From assembly GCA_963783375.1 (NCBI GenBank), contig CAWANH010000028.1:1472001-1536000 (forward strand): DNA of 64,000 bases, read 5' to 3'. Positions 1 through 7,513 of this stretch are shown here, one piece after another. The notes under the pieces were generated by a model. It was not told the DNA's origin and searched no databases. It worked only from the letters and a program-made list of their open reading frames with translations. The translations under genes and the position numbers were made by a program. Origin of the DNA: Candidatus Eiseniibacteriota bacterium. GTDB lineage: Bacteria > Eisenbacteria > RBG-16-71-46 > JABDJR01. Within the stretch, counting starts at the first letter, position 1. Every line of letters starts with the position of its first letter.

Positions 1-1906
1 CGCCATGATGCACCTGGACCGGCGCACCGAAGGGGAGCGCCTGGTGGCCATGAGCCTCGACTCCCTCGGCGACATCGGCGAGTCCTTTCAGAAGGGCGTG
101 ACCCACTACCGCTACGGGCGGCTTCTGGCCCGTTTCGCGATCGAAACCAAATCCAACCAGGAGCTTGAACGGGCCGCGATTCATCTCCAGCGGGCTTACG
201 GGGCGTTCCTCGATCTCGACGCCCGGGTCCAGGCCGCCGGCGCCGCCCACGAACGCGCGGCGCTGGAGTGCAGCTTCCATCGGTTCGAGGAGGCGGCGAC
301 CTACCGGGCCAAGGCCCGCGAGGTCCTGCCGGCCGGGGCCGATCCCGACCTTGAGAGCGCCCTGGAGCGCCTGGGCGGAGAGCTGGAGAACGCCTTCGCC
401 GAGCGCTGGGCCGCCGGCGGGGACGTGCTGGCTTCGCTTCGCGAGATGAAGCGGCTCTTCCAGGGAGCCACCGATACCGAGGCGGTGCTCCGCGAGCTCA
501 TCCGTCTCGCGGTCACCCGATCCGGCTCCACCCGGGGATGCGTGGCCCACGCCTCGGGGAACGGGGACGTCCGGGTGGTCGCGGCCTACGGGTGGACTCC
601 GGACGAGGCGCACACCCTGCTTCGGGCCATGGGCCCCACCCTGGGGGCGACCCTCGATGAGAACCGCCCGGTCTGGTCCAACGATGCGGCCGAGGACGAT
701 CGCTTCCGCACGATGAGCGAGGACGAGCGATTCCGGACCCGGAGCCTCGTGCTCCTGCCCCTGGTGCTCACCGAGGAGAAGCCGGGGCTTCTCTACGTGG
801 ACAAGACCCCCGAGAACTACGAAGGGGCCTACCACCAGGGCGAGCTCCATCTCCTGACCATTCTGGCCAACCTCGCCGCGCTCTCGATCATGGAACGCTG
901 GAACTCGAAGCTCATTCGCGAGAACGAGGAGCTTCGGGCCCGGATCGCCCTCGGCGAGGGGGACAATCGCTTCGTCACCGCCAACGCCAGCCTGAAGGAG
1001 ACCCTCCGGCTGGCCGGCAAGGTGGCCAACAGCCCGGTTTCGATCCTCATCGAGGGTGAGACCGGGACCGGCAAGGGGCTCCTCGTGCAGATCATTCACG
1101 AGGCCTCGAACCGGCGGAACAAGCCCTTCGTGCAGATCAACTGCGCCGCTCTGCCCGAGCAACTACTGGAGAGCGAGCTGTTCGGCCACGTGAAGGGGGC
1201 CTTCACCGGCGCCACCTACAACAAGGTGGGGCTCTTCAAGGAGGCCGAGAACGGGACCCTGTTCCTGGACGAGGTGGACAAGACCAGTCTGGCCGTCCAG
1301 GCCAAGCTCCTCCACGTCATGGACTCCAAGGAAGTGCGGCCGGTGGGGTCGGTCAAGCCCTACCGGGTGGATACGCGGATCATCTGCGCCACCAACGCCA
1401 ACCTCCGCGAGAAGATCCGGGCCGGCGAGTTCCTCGAGGATCTCTACTACCGCCTGAACGACTTCATACTGAACGTCCTCCCGCTCCGCGAGCGTCGCGA
1501 GGACATCCCGCTCCTGGTCGACTACTTCCTGAAGAAGTTCTCGAACCAGTACGAGCGACCCGAGGTGAAGCTCAGCCCGGAGGTCCGGCGCGTTCTCCTC
1601 GATCACCCCTGGCCGGGGAACGTTCGGGAGCTGGAGAAGGCCATCCGGCGTCTGGTGGTGCTGGCCGACGAGGAGCTCCCCGCCGGACTCGACCTGCTCC
1701 CGGTGGAGATCCAGACCGAACCGGCGAGCGATCTGCTGGGGAAGACCCTGCGCGAGGAAGTGGCGAGAACCGAACGGCGTGTGATCGCCGACGCGCTCCG
1801 CGCCGCCAACTGGAACAAGTCCCAGGTCGCGCGTCAGCTCAAGGTCTCGTACCCCTGTCTGCTGAAGAAGATCAAGGAACATCACCTGCTCAAGCCCGCC
1901 TCCTGA
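1..1906 (+). CDS. Sigma54-dependent transcriptional activator (TPR-like helices + GAF + AAA+ + Fis-type HTH), probably 5'-truncated by the window edge
   Basis: Walker A GETGTGKG, ESELFGHVKGAFTGA, Walker B LFLDE, DLYYRLN, WPGNVREL and a C-terminal HTH. GAF-like segment (PLV...GLLYVD...LANLAAL). The frame is open to the window start. Confidence 0.93.
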   Translation, partial: AMMHLDRRTEGERLVAMSLDSLGDIGESFQKGVTHYRYGRLLARFAIETKSNQELERAAIHLQRAYGAFLDLDARVQAAGAAHERAALECSFHRFEEAATYRAKAREVLPAGADPDLESALERLGGELENAFAERWAAGGDVLASLREMKRLFQGATDTEAVLRELIRLAVTRSGSTRGCVAHASGNGDVRVVAAYGWTPDEAHTLLRAMGPTLGATLDENRPVWSNDAAEDDRFRTMSEDERFRTRSLVLLPLVLTEEKPGLLYVDKTPENYEGAYHQGELHLLTILANLAALSIMERWNSKLIRENEELRARIALGEGDNRFVTANASLKETLRLAGKVANSPVSILIEGETGTGKGLLVQIIHEASNRRNKPFVQINCAALPEQLLESELFGHVKGAFTGATYNKVGLFKEAENGTLFLDEVDKTSLAVQAKLLHVMDSKEVRPVGSVKPYRVDTRIICATNANLREKIRAGEFLEDLYYRLNDFILNVLPLRERREDIPLLVDYFLKKFSNQYERPEVKLSPEVRRVLLDHPWPGNVRELEKAIRRLVVLADEELPAGLDLLPVEIQTEPASDLLGKTLREEVARTERRVIADALRAANWNKSQVARQLKVSYPCLLKKIKEHHLLKPAS

Positions 1907-2006
1907 CCCGGCCCCGCGCTCCAATTATCAATCCCGCTCATATAAACGGAATTAATAGGCTCAACCTCCTGCCGGTAGTGGGGTTAGCGGTGAGTAGCCC
2001 GTTCCC

Positions 2007-2023
2007 TGTTCACCATGTTGACA
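2007..2023. promoter_or_regulatory. Candidate enhancer (UAS) for a sigma54 activator
   Basis: Imperfect dyad TGTTCACCATGTTGACA (TGT-N11-ACA) about 110 bp upstream of the sigma54 promoter at 2133. Confidence 0.35.
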
Positions 2024-2132
2024 ATCGCTGGAGCCGAGGTATCTTCCCCGACCCTCGAATCACCTCTCGATCTCCGTTCCACGCCGATGACCCGTAAGGC
2101 CTTAGGGAGTTTCTCCGGAGACCCGGGTGTTT

Positions 2133-2148
2133 TGGCACATCGCCTGCA
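2133..2148 (+). promoter_or_regulatory. Sigma54 (-24/-12) promoter of the AAA ATPase gene
   Basis: TGGCACATCGCCTGCA has the GG-N10-GC spacing. IHF-like TAAGGCCTTA ends 28 nt upstream (2095-2104). Confidence 0.75.
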
Positions 2149-2335
2149 TTGAGCAATGCGTGGAGGGGGGACCTCCAGAGCCGTCTGCCGTCGGGTTCCA
2201 AGGACAACGTGCCCTGCACCGAGTTTCCCACCGGACTTGGAACCCGATGGAGCGGCCTTGACCCGGCGGGTCGGGCCGCGGATCGGACGGCGATCCAAGG
2301 CCCGTATCCCGAACATCGAAATGGGGTGAGGCTCG

Positions 2336-3802
2336 GTGCGGCGCGAACGATCGGAAGCCTACCGCGATCAGTTCGAGTACCTTGCTGACTACTTCGATCT
2401 GATTCGCAGACGGGGCGACGCCTACAACATCCGGAACGAAGCCCTCGAGACCGAACGCATGGCTTGCTACAGCGAGCGTTCGGGCTACGAGTCCCAGCGC
2501 AGCCAGCTGGTGGAGATCTTCCGAGGCATCGAGGCCGAGGCGGACCGTCAGGAGATGCTTCTTCGCGGACGTAAGGAGGCTTCCGACCAACTGGGCGTCC
2601 GGTTCGCCCTCGACACTTTCATCGAACGACATCAGCTCCGTCCCGAGGAGATCCAGATCCTGATGGTCCTCCTCTACAACGAATCCGTCGGGCGCACCCA
2701 CGCCCGATTCACCAACGGGAACGAGATCCTGAACCTTCTCTTCCCGAATCCGGTCAGCGCGTTGAAGGCCTCCCGTTTCCTGGATGTGGGGGCGACACTC
2801 GTAAACGAAGGACTGATTCGGTCAACCTCTGATGACGACGGCTCGAACTTCTTAAGGGCTGCCTACGAAGTCACAGAGAAGACCCTGCACGAGGTGTTGG
2901 GAGCGGGTAACCGCAGCACTCTCCGGGATCCGCAGCAGACCTCCCACACGTTGAGCAGTTCTCTCGACGGTCCTTTCCGGGTTGTCGCCCCCCGTATTCG
3001 CCTGGACCAGGTCGTGCTCCCCCCCGACGTCCGCAAGCGGGTGGACGAGGTCCTGTGGCAGGAGGAGCACGGCCGCGCCCTGTTCGAGGAATGGGGTTTG
3101 AACGAGGTGGTGGAGAAGGGGCGGGGAACCATCGTGCTGTTCAGCGGGGTCCCCGGGACCGGCAAGACCATGACCGCCGAGGCCATGGCCGAACGGCTGG
3201 GACGTCCGCTCCACGTCGCCGACTACGCCCAGCTCGAAAGCAAGTGGATCGGCGAGACCGAGAAGAACATCGTGACCGTGTTCCGGTCCGCGGCCGAGGC
3301 CGGCGCGGTCCTCCTTCTCGACGAGGCGGACGCCATTCTGGCTTCGCGCCTGGACGGCGGCCACTACAACGACCGGGCCTACAACCGCCAGGTGAGCATT
3401 CTCCTCGGCGAGCTGGAGTCCTGGGAGGGGATGTGCATCCTCACCACCAACCGGTCGGTGACCCTCGACGACGGATTGGCCCGACGCATCGCGGCCTCGT
3501 TCGAGTTCACCATCCCGGAGGTCGGGGAGCGGACCCGCATCTGGAAGTCCCTGCTTCCCGAACGGCTGCCTCTGGCCGGTGATGTCGACATCGACGACTT
3601 GTCCCGCCGCTTCCCGATGGCCGGCGGGCACATCAAGAATGCCGTCCTCACCGCGGTCCGCAAGGCCGGGGTGCGGGCGGGCCGGCGCGCGCGCGTGACC
3701 CAGCGGGATCTGATCGAGGCCGCGGCGGCGGAGCACGAAAGCTTCCGCCCGTGTCCCCGCCCGATCGGGTTCGGAGAGGCTCCGTCCGCCTCCTACTCGT
3801 AG
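2336..3802 (+). CDS. AAA+ ATPase (SpoVK/Vps4/Afp15-like) with an N-terminal helical/winged-helix region
   Basis: LFSGVPGTGKT, SKWIGETEKNI, LLLDEAD, ILTTNR, AGGHIKNA and RPIGF near the C-terminus. GTG start. Confidence 0.88.
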   Translation: MRRERSEAYRDQFEYLADYFDLIRRRGDAYNIRNEALETERMACYSERSGYESQRSQLVEIFRGIEAEADRQEMLLRGRKEASDQLGVRFALDTFIERHQLRPEEIQILMVLLYNESVGRTHARFTNGNEILNLLFPNPVSALKASRFLDVGATLVNEGLIRSTSDDDGSNFLRAAYEVTEKTLHEVLGAGNRSTLRDPQQTSHTLSSSLDGPFRVVAPRIRLDQVVLPPDVRKRVDEVLWQEEHGRALFEEWGLNEVVEKGRGTIVLFSGVPGTGKTMTAEAMAERLGRPLHVADYAQLESKWIGETEKNIVTVFRSAAEAGAVLLLDEADAILASRLDGGHYNDRAYNRQVSILLGELESWEGMCILTTNRSVTLDDGLARRIAASFEFTIPEVGERTRIWKSLLPERLPLAGDVDIDDLSRRFPMAGGHIKNAVLTAVRKAGVRAGRRARVTQRDLIEAAAAEHESFRPCPRPIGFGEAPSASYS

Positions 3803-3853
3803 ATCCCGAGGCGTCGGCGCGCGCGTCGCAGTTTGGTGCTGTACCGATGGTAA

Positions 3854-4172
3854 GCCGGGGTTTCCCGGCGATTCCAGGTCTCGTCGGATCGCGTGTCTGA
3901 GACCCGACGAGACCCCTTCCCGGGCGGACCCTCCGGGGGTCGCCGAACGGTGGAGGTGCGACGAGGGGGCGGGGCCATGATCGAGCGCAGGCTTCGTCCC
4001 CGCCATCCGGCTCCGCCGGTCTCCGGCGGAGTGGTTCGGCGGGCGAGATGGACGCCCGGCCGGACGGGGATAGGAACCGACCAAGGTTCCATTCGGATAC
4101 CGGCTCCTGCAGTTCTCAGACCATAGATGGGGGATGTCCAGGCTGGTGCTGCGGAGAAATCCGGTATCCGAA
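3854..4172 (+). ncRNA. Candidate structured ncRNA or structured 3' UTR (family not recognised)
   Basis: Eight consecutive hairpins, including perfect stems of 11 bp (3877-3887/3904-3914), 9 bp (4011-4031) and 12 bp (4092-4103/4161-4172), followed by a terminator. Confidence 0.4.
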
Positions 4173-4176
4173 CTCG

Positions 4177-4214
4177 GCGCGACGCCGGACTGAAATCCGG
4201 CGTCGCGTTCTTTT
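4177..4214 (+). terminator. Intrinsic terminator
   Basis: CGCGACGCCGGA-CTGAAA-TCCGGCGTCGCG followed by TTCTTTT. Confidence 0.85.
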
Positions 4215-4279
4215 GGGGCGCGTCCTCCGGGCCAGGGGCCAGTCGACCCACCCCACACCGGCCGCGATCGGCTCCGAGG

Positions 4280-4308
4280 TTGACCGCCGGGACCGGCGCG
4301 CCGATAGT
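4280..4308 (+). promoter_or_regulatory. Sigma70-type promoter, probably for a leaderless transcript
   Basis: TTGACC-17 nt-GATAGT, with ATG 4315 six nt after the -10 box. Confidence 0.5.
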
Positions 4309-4314
4309 CATGGC

Positions 4315-5223
4315 ATGCAGGAATCCTCCACCCCCGACGCCGCGCCGGTCGCCCCGGTCCGCCCCCCCTTTCCCGGTATCGCCCAGGCCTGGGGCCTGCT
4401 CCTTCTGGCCTGGGCGGGGATTTTTCTCGCCGCCATCGTGGTGATGGCGGTCACGGTGGCCCTCCGGGGGGGCGAACTCGCCATGCCCTCGAGCGCCGCC
4501 CTCATCCTGGTGGCCAACTCCGCCGGATTCGCGGTCGCGCTGGTGATGGGGTGGAAGTTCACTCGCCTTCCCCTCCGGGAGATCTTTCCCTTCCGCTCCT
4601 TCAATCCGGTGATCCTCATCCCCCTGGCCCTGGCCGCGGTGGGGGGTGGGGGGCTGCTCTCGGAGATGGACACCCTCTTCCGGCTCCTGCCCCTTCCCGC
4701 CGGCCTCCGCGGCTTCATGGAGACCGTCGATCGCTCGGTGCTGGACATGATCCTCCAGTCGTTCTGGCCGTCGGTGGTGGCGGTGGTGGTGATGGCCCCG
4801 CTCACCGAGGAGCTTTTCTTCCGGGGTCTTCTCCTCCAGGGCTTTCTCCGCCGCTATTCCACCCGGAAGGCGCTCGTCGCCTCGGCGTGCTTCTTCGCCC
4901 TGGCCCATCTCACCCCCAATCAGCTCATCCCCGCGCTTCTGGCCGGGGTCTTCCTGGCCTGGGTGGTGATGAGGACCCGGAACCTCTGGCTCTCCATGTT
5001 CACCCACGCGGTCTTCAACAGCCTGAGCGCGATCCAGGTGGGGCTCATGGGGGACTCGGCCTCCGAAACCCTCACCGCCAAGCCGCACTTCCAGCCCTGG
5101 TGGTTGGATCTCCTCTTCCTGGTGATCCTCGTCCTCGGCATCCACTGGACCCGGGCCTGGATCCGCTCCCGCTACCCGGAGCCGGCCCCGTACCCCGAAA
5201 CCACCTCCTCCGCCGGCGCCTGA
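4315..5223 (+). CDS. CPBP (Abi/CAAX) family intramembrane glutamic endopeptidase
   Basis: APLTEELFFRG, FALAH and HAVFN motifs with several TM helices. Confidence 0.9.
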   Translation: MQESSTPDAAPVAPVRPPFPGIAQAWGLLLLAWAGIFLAAIVVMAVTVALRGGELAMPSSAALILVANSAGFAVALVMGWKFTRLPLREIFPFRSFNPVILIPLALAAVGGGGLLSEMDTLFRLLPLPAGLRGFMETVDRSVLDMILQSFWPSVVAVVVMAPLTEELFFRGLLLQGFLRRYSTRKALVASACFFALAHLTPNQLIPALLAGVFLAWVVMRTRNLWLSMFTHAVFNSLSAIQVGLMGDSASETLTAKPHFQPWWLDLLFLVILVLGIHWTRAWIRSRYPEPAPYPETTSSAGA

Positions 5224-5364
5224 TCCCGTAGCGCCACCGACACACCCCGGCGCGGCCGCATCACGGCCCGTCCCCTCGCCCCCGTCGGTTTCTTGGCCAT
5301 ACCCGATCTCCCAACCCATTGTCCCTTAATCGGTTGAAGGGTTCGAGGTCCCCCCCGCGGGTTC

Positions 5365-5380
5365 TGGCACCGGGCTTGCG
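5365..5380 (+). promoter_or_regulatory. Sigma54 promoter
   Basis: TGGCACCGGGCTTGCG (GG-N10-GC), with an IHF-like box at 5312-5336. Confidence 0.8.
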
Positions 5381-5467
5381 TTACAGGTGGGCGACCCCGA
5401 CGGGGGCCGCGCACACGAGCCACAGATCGGTTCGTGGCGCCGAGGCCCCGGGGCAAGGAGGTGGGTG

Positions 5468-6316
5468 ATGACGAACGCGACACGGATCCCCTGGAAATTC
5501 GGCCGGCTTCTCCCGGTGGCGGTGGGGATGCTTCTGGGCGCCTCGCTTCTGAGCGGGTGCGATGAGGAGCTCTTCCGGCGCGACTGCGGCGATCCTCTGG
5601 CCCCGGTGGACGTGAACTCGATCACCGGGGACGGCGAGGTCTATCTCTACTGGACCCCGGTGGACGAGGACAACGTGGACTACTTCGTGGTCTACCGGTC
5701 CTCCACCGCCTACGGGACGTATTTCGAGGCCGGGCACACTTCCGGCGAGGATTTTCTCGACCGGGACGCCCGAAACGGACGCACCTATTTCTACGCGGTG
5801 TCCTCGGTGGACTACTGCGGGCACGAGTCGGAGCTCTCCCGGGAGATCGTCCACGACACTCCCCGGCCCGAGGGTTTCGGGGACTCGATGGCCGATGCGG
5901 ACGGCGCGAACTGGCGCCGGAGCGCGTGGGACTTCAGCGCCTACCGCGCCCTGCCCTGGGACCACGCCGAAGCCGACGTCTATTTCATCGTGGCCGACGG
6001 GGTGCCCTTCCTGGTGGCCGTCGACCTGGACACCGACATCCAGGACGCGGGCTACGCCGGATTCGACGAGGTGAGCTGGGCCCCCAAGAGCGGGTGGAAC
6101 CCCAGCGGCGCGGTGGAGGTGATCGCCGGCCACGTCTACGTGGTGTGGACCCGGAACGACCACTACGCCAAGGTGCGGGTCACCTCGATCGGCAACGGCA
6201 CGCTCCGCTTCGACTGGGCCTATCAGGTGGACCGCGGCAACCCCGAGCTGGCCCCCAGGCCGCCCCGGGAGTCCGCGCCCCAGAGCGTGATCCCCTCGGT
6301 CCGCCCGGCGGCGTGA
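5468..6316 (+). CDS. Lipoprotein with a fibronectin type III-like domain
   Basis: Lipobox LLSGC. FN3 pattern GDGEVYLYW...YFVVYRS...NGRTYFYAVSSVD...ESELS. RBS GGAGG. Confidence 0.8.
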   Translation: MTNATRIPWKFGRLLPVAVGMLLGASLLSGCDEELFRRDCGDPLAPVDVNSITGDGEVYLYWTPVDEDNVDYFVVYRSSTAYGTYFEAGHTSGEDFLDRDARNGRTYFYAVSSVDYCGHESELSREIVHDTPRPEGFGDSMADADGANWRRSAWDFSAYRALPWDHAEADVYFIVADGVPFLVAVDLDTDIQDAGYAGFDEVSWAPKSGWNPSGAVEVIAGHVYVVWTRNDHYAKVRVTSIGNGTLRFDWAYQVDRGNPELAPRPPRESAPQSVIPSVRPAA

Positions 6317-6396
6317 CCGCGGAGGCCACACGGGTGAAGGCGATGAAACGATCACACGGTTTTCTCCAGTGCAGATCTCCCCAGGAGGGAAGAGCC

Positions 6397-7179
6397 ATGA
6401 AAACGAAACGCACGATGATCTCGATCCTGGCCGGGCTCGGCCTCGTGGCGGGGGCGGCGGCCGCCTCCGGCTCGGCCTCCGCCGGAGCCTCCGGCTCGGT
6501 GAGCGCCGCCTATCGGTCCGGCGGCGTGGACGCCCAGGTGGTCCTCGCCGGCCGCGACGGTTCCCGCACCCTCGACCCCCGGCTGATCCCGGTGCCGGTG
6601 GACCGTTCCCGCGATCTCACGGTGGACGTGTGGACGGATGCCGGGAACGGCGCCGCCCTCCGCCCCGGTGAGGACGTGACGGTCGATTTCCGGGTGACCC
6701 GGAGCGCTTACGTGGTGGTCTACGACATCGACACCAACGGCCGGGCCAGGCTCCTCTTTCCCACCCGCCGCGGCGACGACGGCTGGGTGCGCGCGGGCGA
6801 GCTCATGCGGCTCCCCGAGCGGGGCGACGGGTACCGGCTGATGGTGACCGGGCCCGCGGGGACGGAGCGGATCGTCGCCCTGGCCTCGGACAAGCCCCTG
6901 GTCGGCCGGTGGGAACGGTTCGCGGACGAGGATCTGCGGAGCTCGATCCGGGACGACGATGAGGGTTACGCCCGCTACCGGACCTACGGGGAGGGAATGG
7001 ATCTCTCGGGCGATGCCGACGTCTCGGTCCGCCCGGTCGGGCGTTCCGGAGGGACCGTCGCCCCGCGGGTGATCCCGGTCCCCACCGCGCCCCGCCTGGT
7101 CCCGGTCCCGGTCCGCCGCACCGGGATCGCCCGGGACGAGACCTGGTTCCACGTGACTCCGGCCCGGCGGTGGCGGTAG
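6397..7179 (+). CDS. Secreted DUF4384-like protein
   Basis: Signal peptide. Pattern 'GEDVTVDFRVTRSAYVVVYDIDTNGRARLLFP...GPAGTERIVALAS'. RBS AGGAGG. Confidence 0.75.
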   Translation: MKTKRTMISILAGLGLVAGAAAASGSASAGASGSVSAAYRSGGVDAQVVLAGRDGSRTLDPRLIPVPVDRSRDLTVDVWTDAGNGAALRPGEDVTVDFRVTRSAYVVVYDIDTNGRARLLFPTRRGDDGWVRAGELMRLPERGDGYRLMVTGPAGTERIVALASDKPLVGRWERFADEDLRSSIRDDDEGYARYRTYGEGMDLSGDADVSVRPVGRSGGTVAPRVIPVPTAPRLVPVPVRRTGIARDETWFHVTPARRWR

Positions 7180-7301
7180 AACCGGCAGTGAAATAAAGAC
7201 TTCGGGGGTTCCGGCTCCGGCTCGCGCCACTCGGGCGCACCGGGACCCCCGATTCGGACGCGCGCGTCGGGGATAGATTCGGCCCCATCTCCGGCGGGCG
7301 G

Positions 7302-7332
7302 GGGGCCCCCATTCGGGGGGCCCCTTCTCTTT
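7302..7332 (+). terminator. Intrinsic terminator
   Basis: GGGGCCCCC-loop-GGGGGCCCC followed by TTCTCTTT. Confidence 0.65.
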
Positions 7333-7513
7333 GGGGGGGACGCCGGGGAGGCCCGGACCCGGCGGCACCGGCTTTTCGGGAACCGGAGGCCCCCGCGAGG
7401 GGTCCAACCTCCTGCCGACCCGCGCTTTGCCGCGTCGGAGATTTGGGTTAGGGTGTTGTGTCCTGAAACCGCCCTGACCCGGATGCCGACCCTCCCCGAC
7501 CCAAAGAGCCCGC

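Noticed and set aside
2336-3802. Calling the ATPase part of a contractile injection system
   Set aside because: No sheath, tube, baseplate or spike genes are present in the window.
3845-3870. Minus-strand GAAACCCCGGCTTA resembling the 3' end of RNase P RNA
   Set aside because: The required 5' GAGGAAAGUCC element was not found at a suitable distance.
3893-4126. 77-aa (or 49-aa from ATG 3978) ORF in the structured region
   Set aside because: It has low-complexity Arg/Pro/Gly composition and no codon bias, so RNA structure explains the region better, although a small peptide is not excluded.
4183-4203. CCGGACTGAAATCCGG resembling a tRNA anticodon arm
   Set aside because: There is no D arm, T arm or acceptor stem, and it is the loop of a terminator hairpin.
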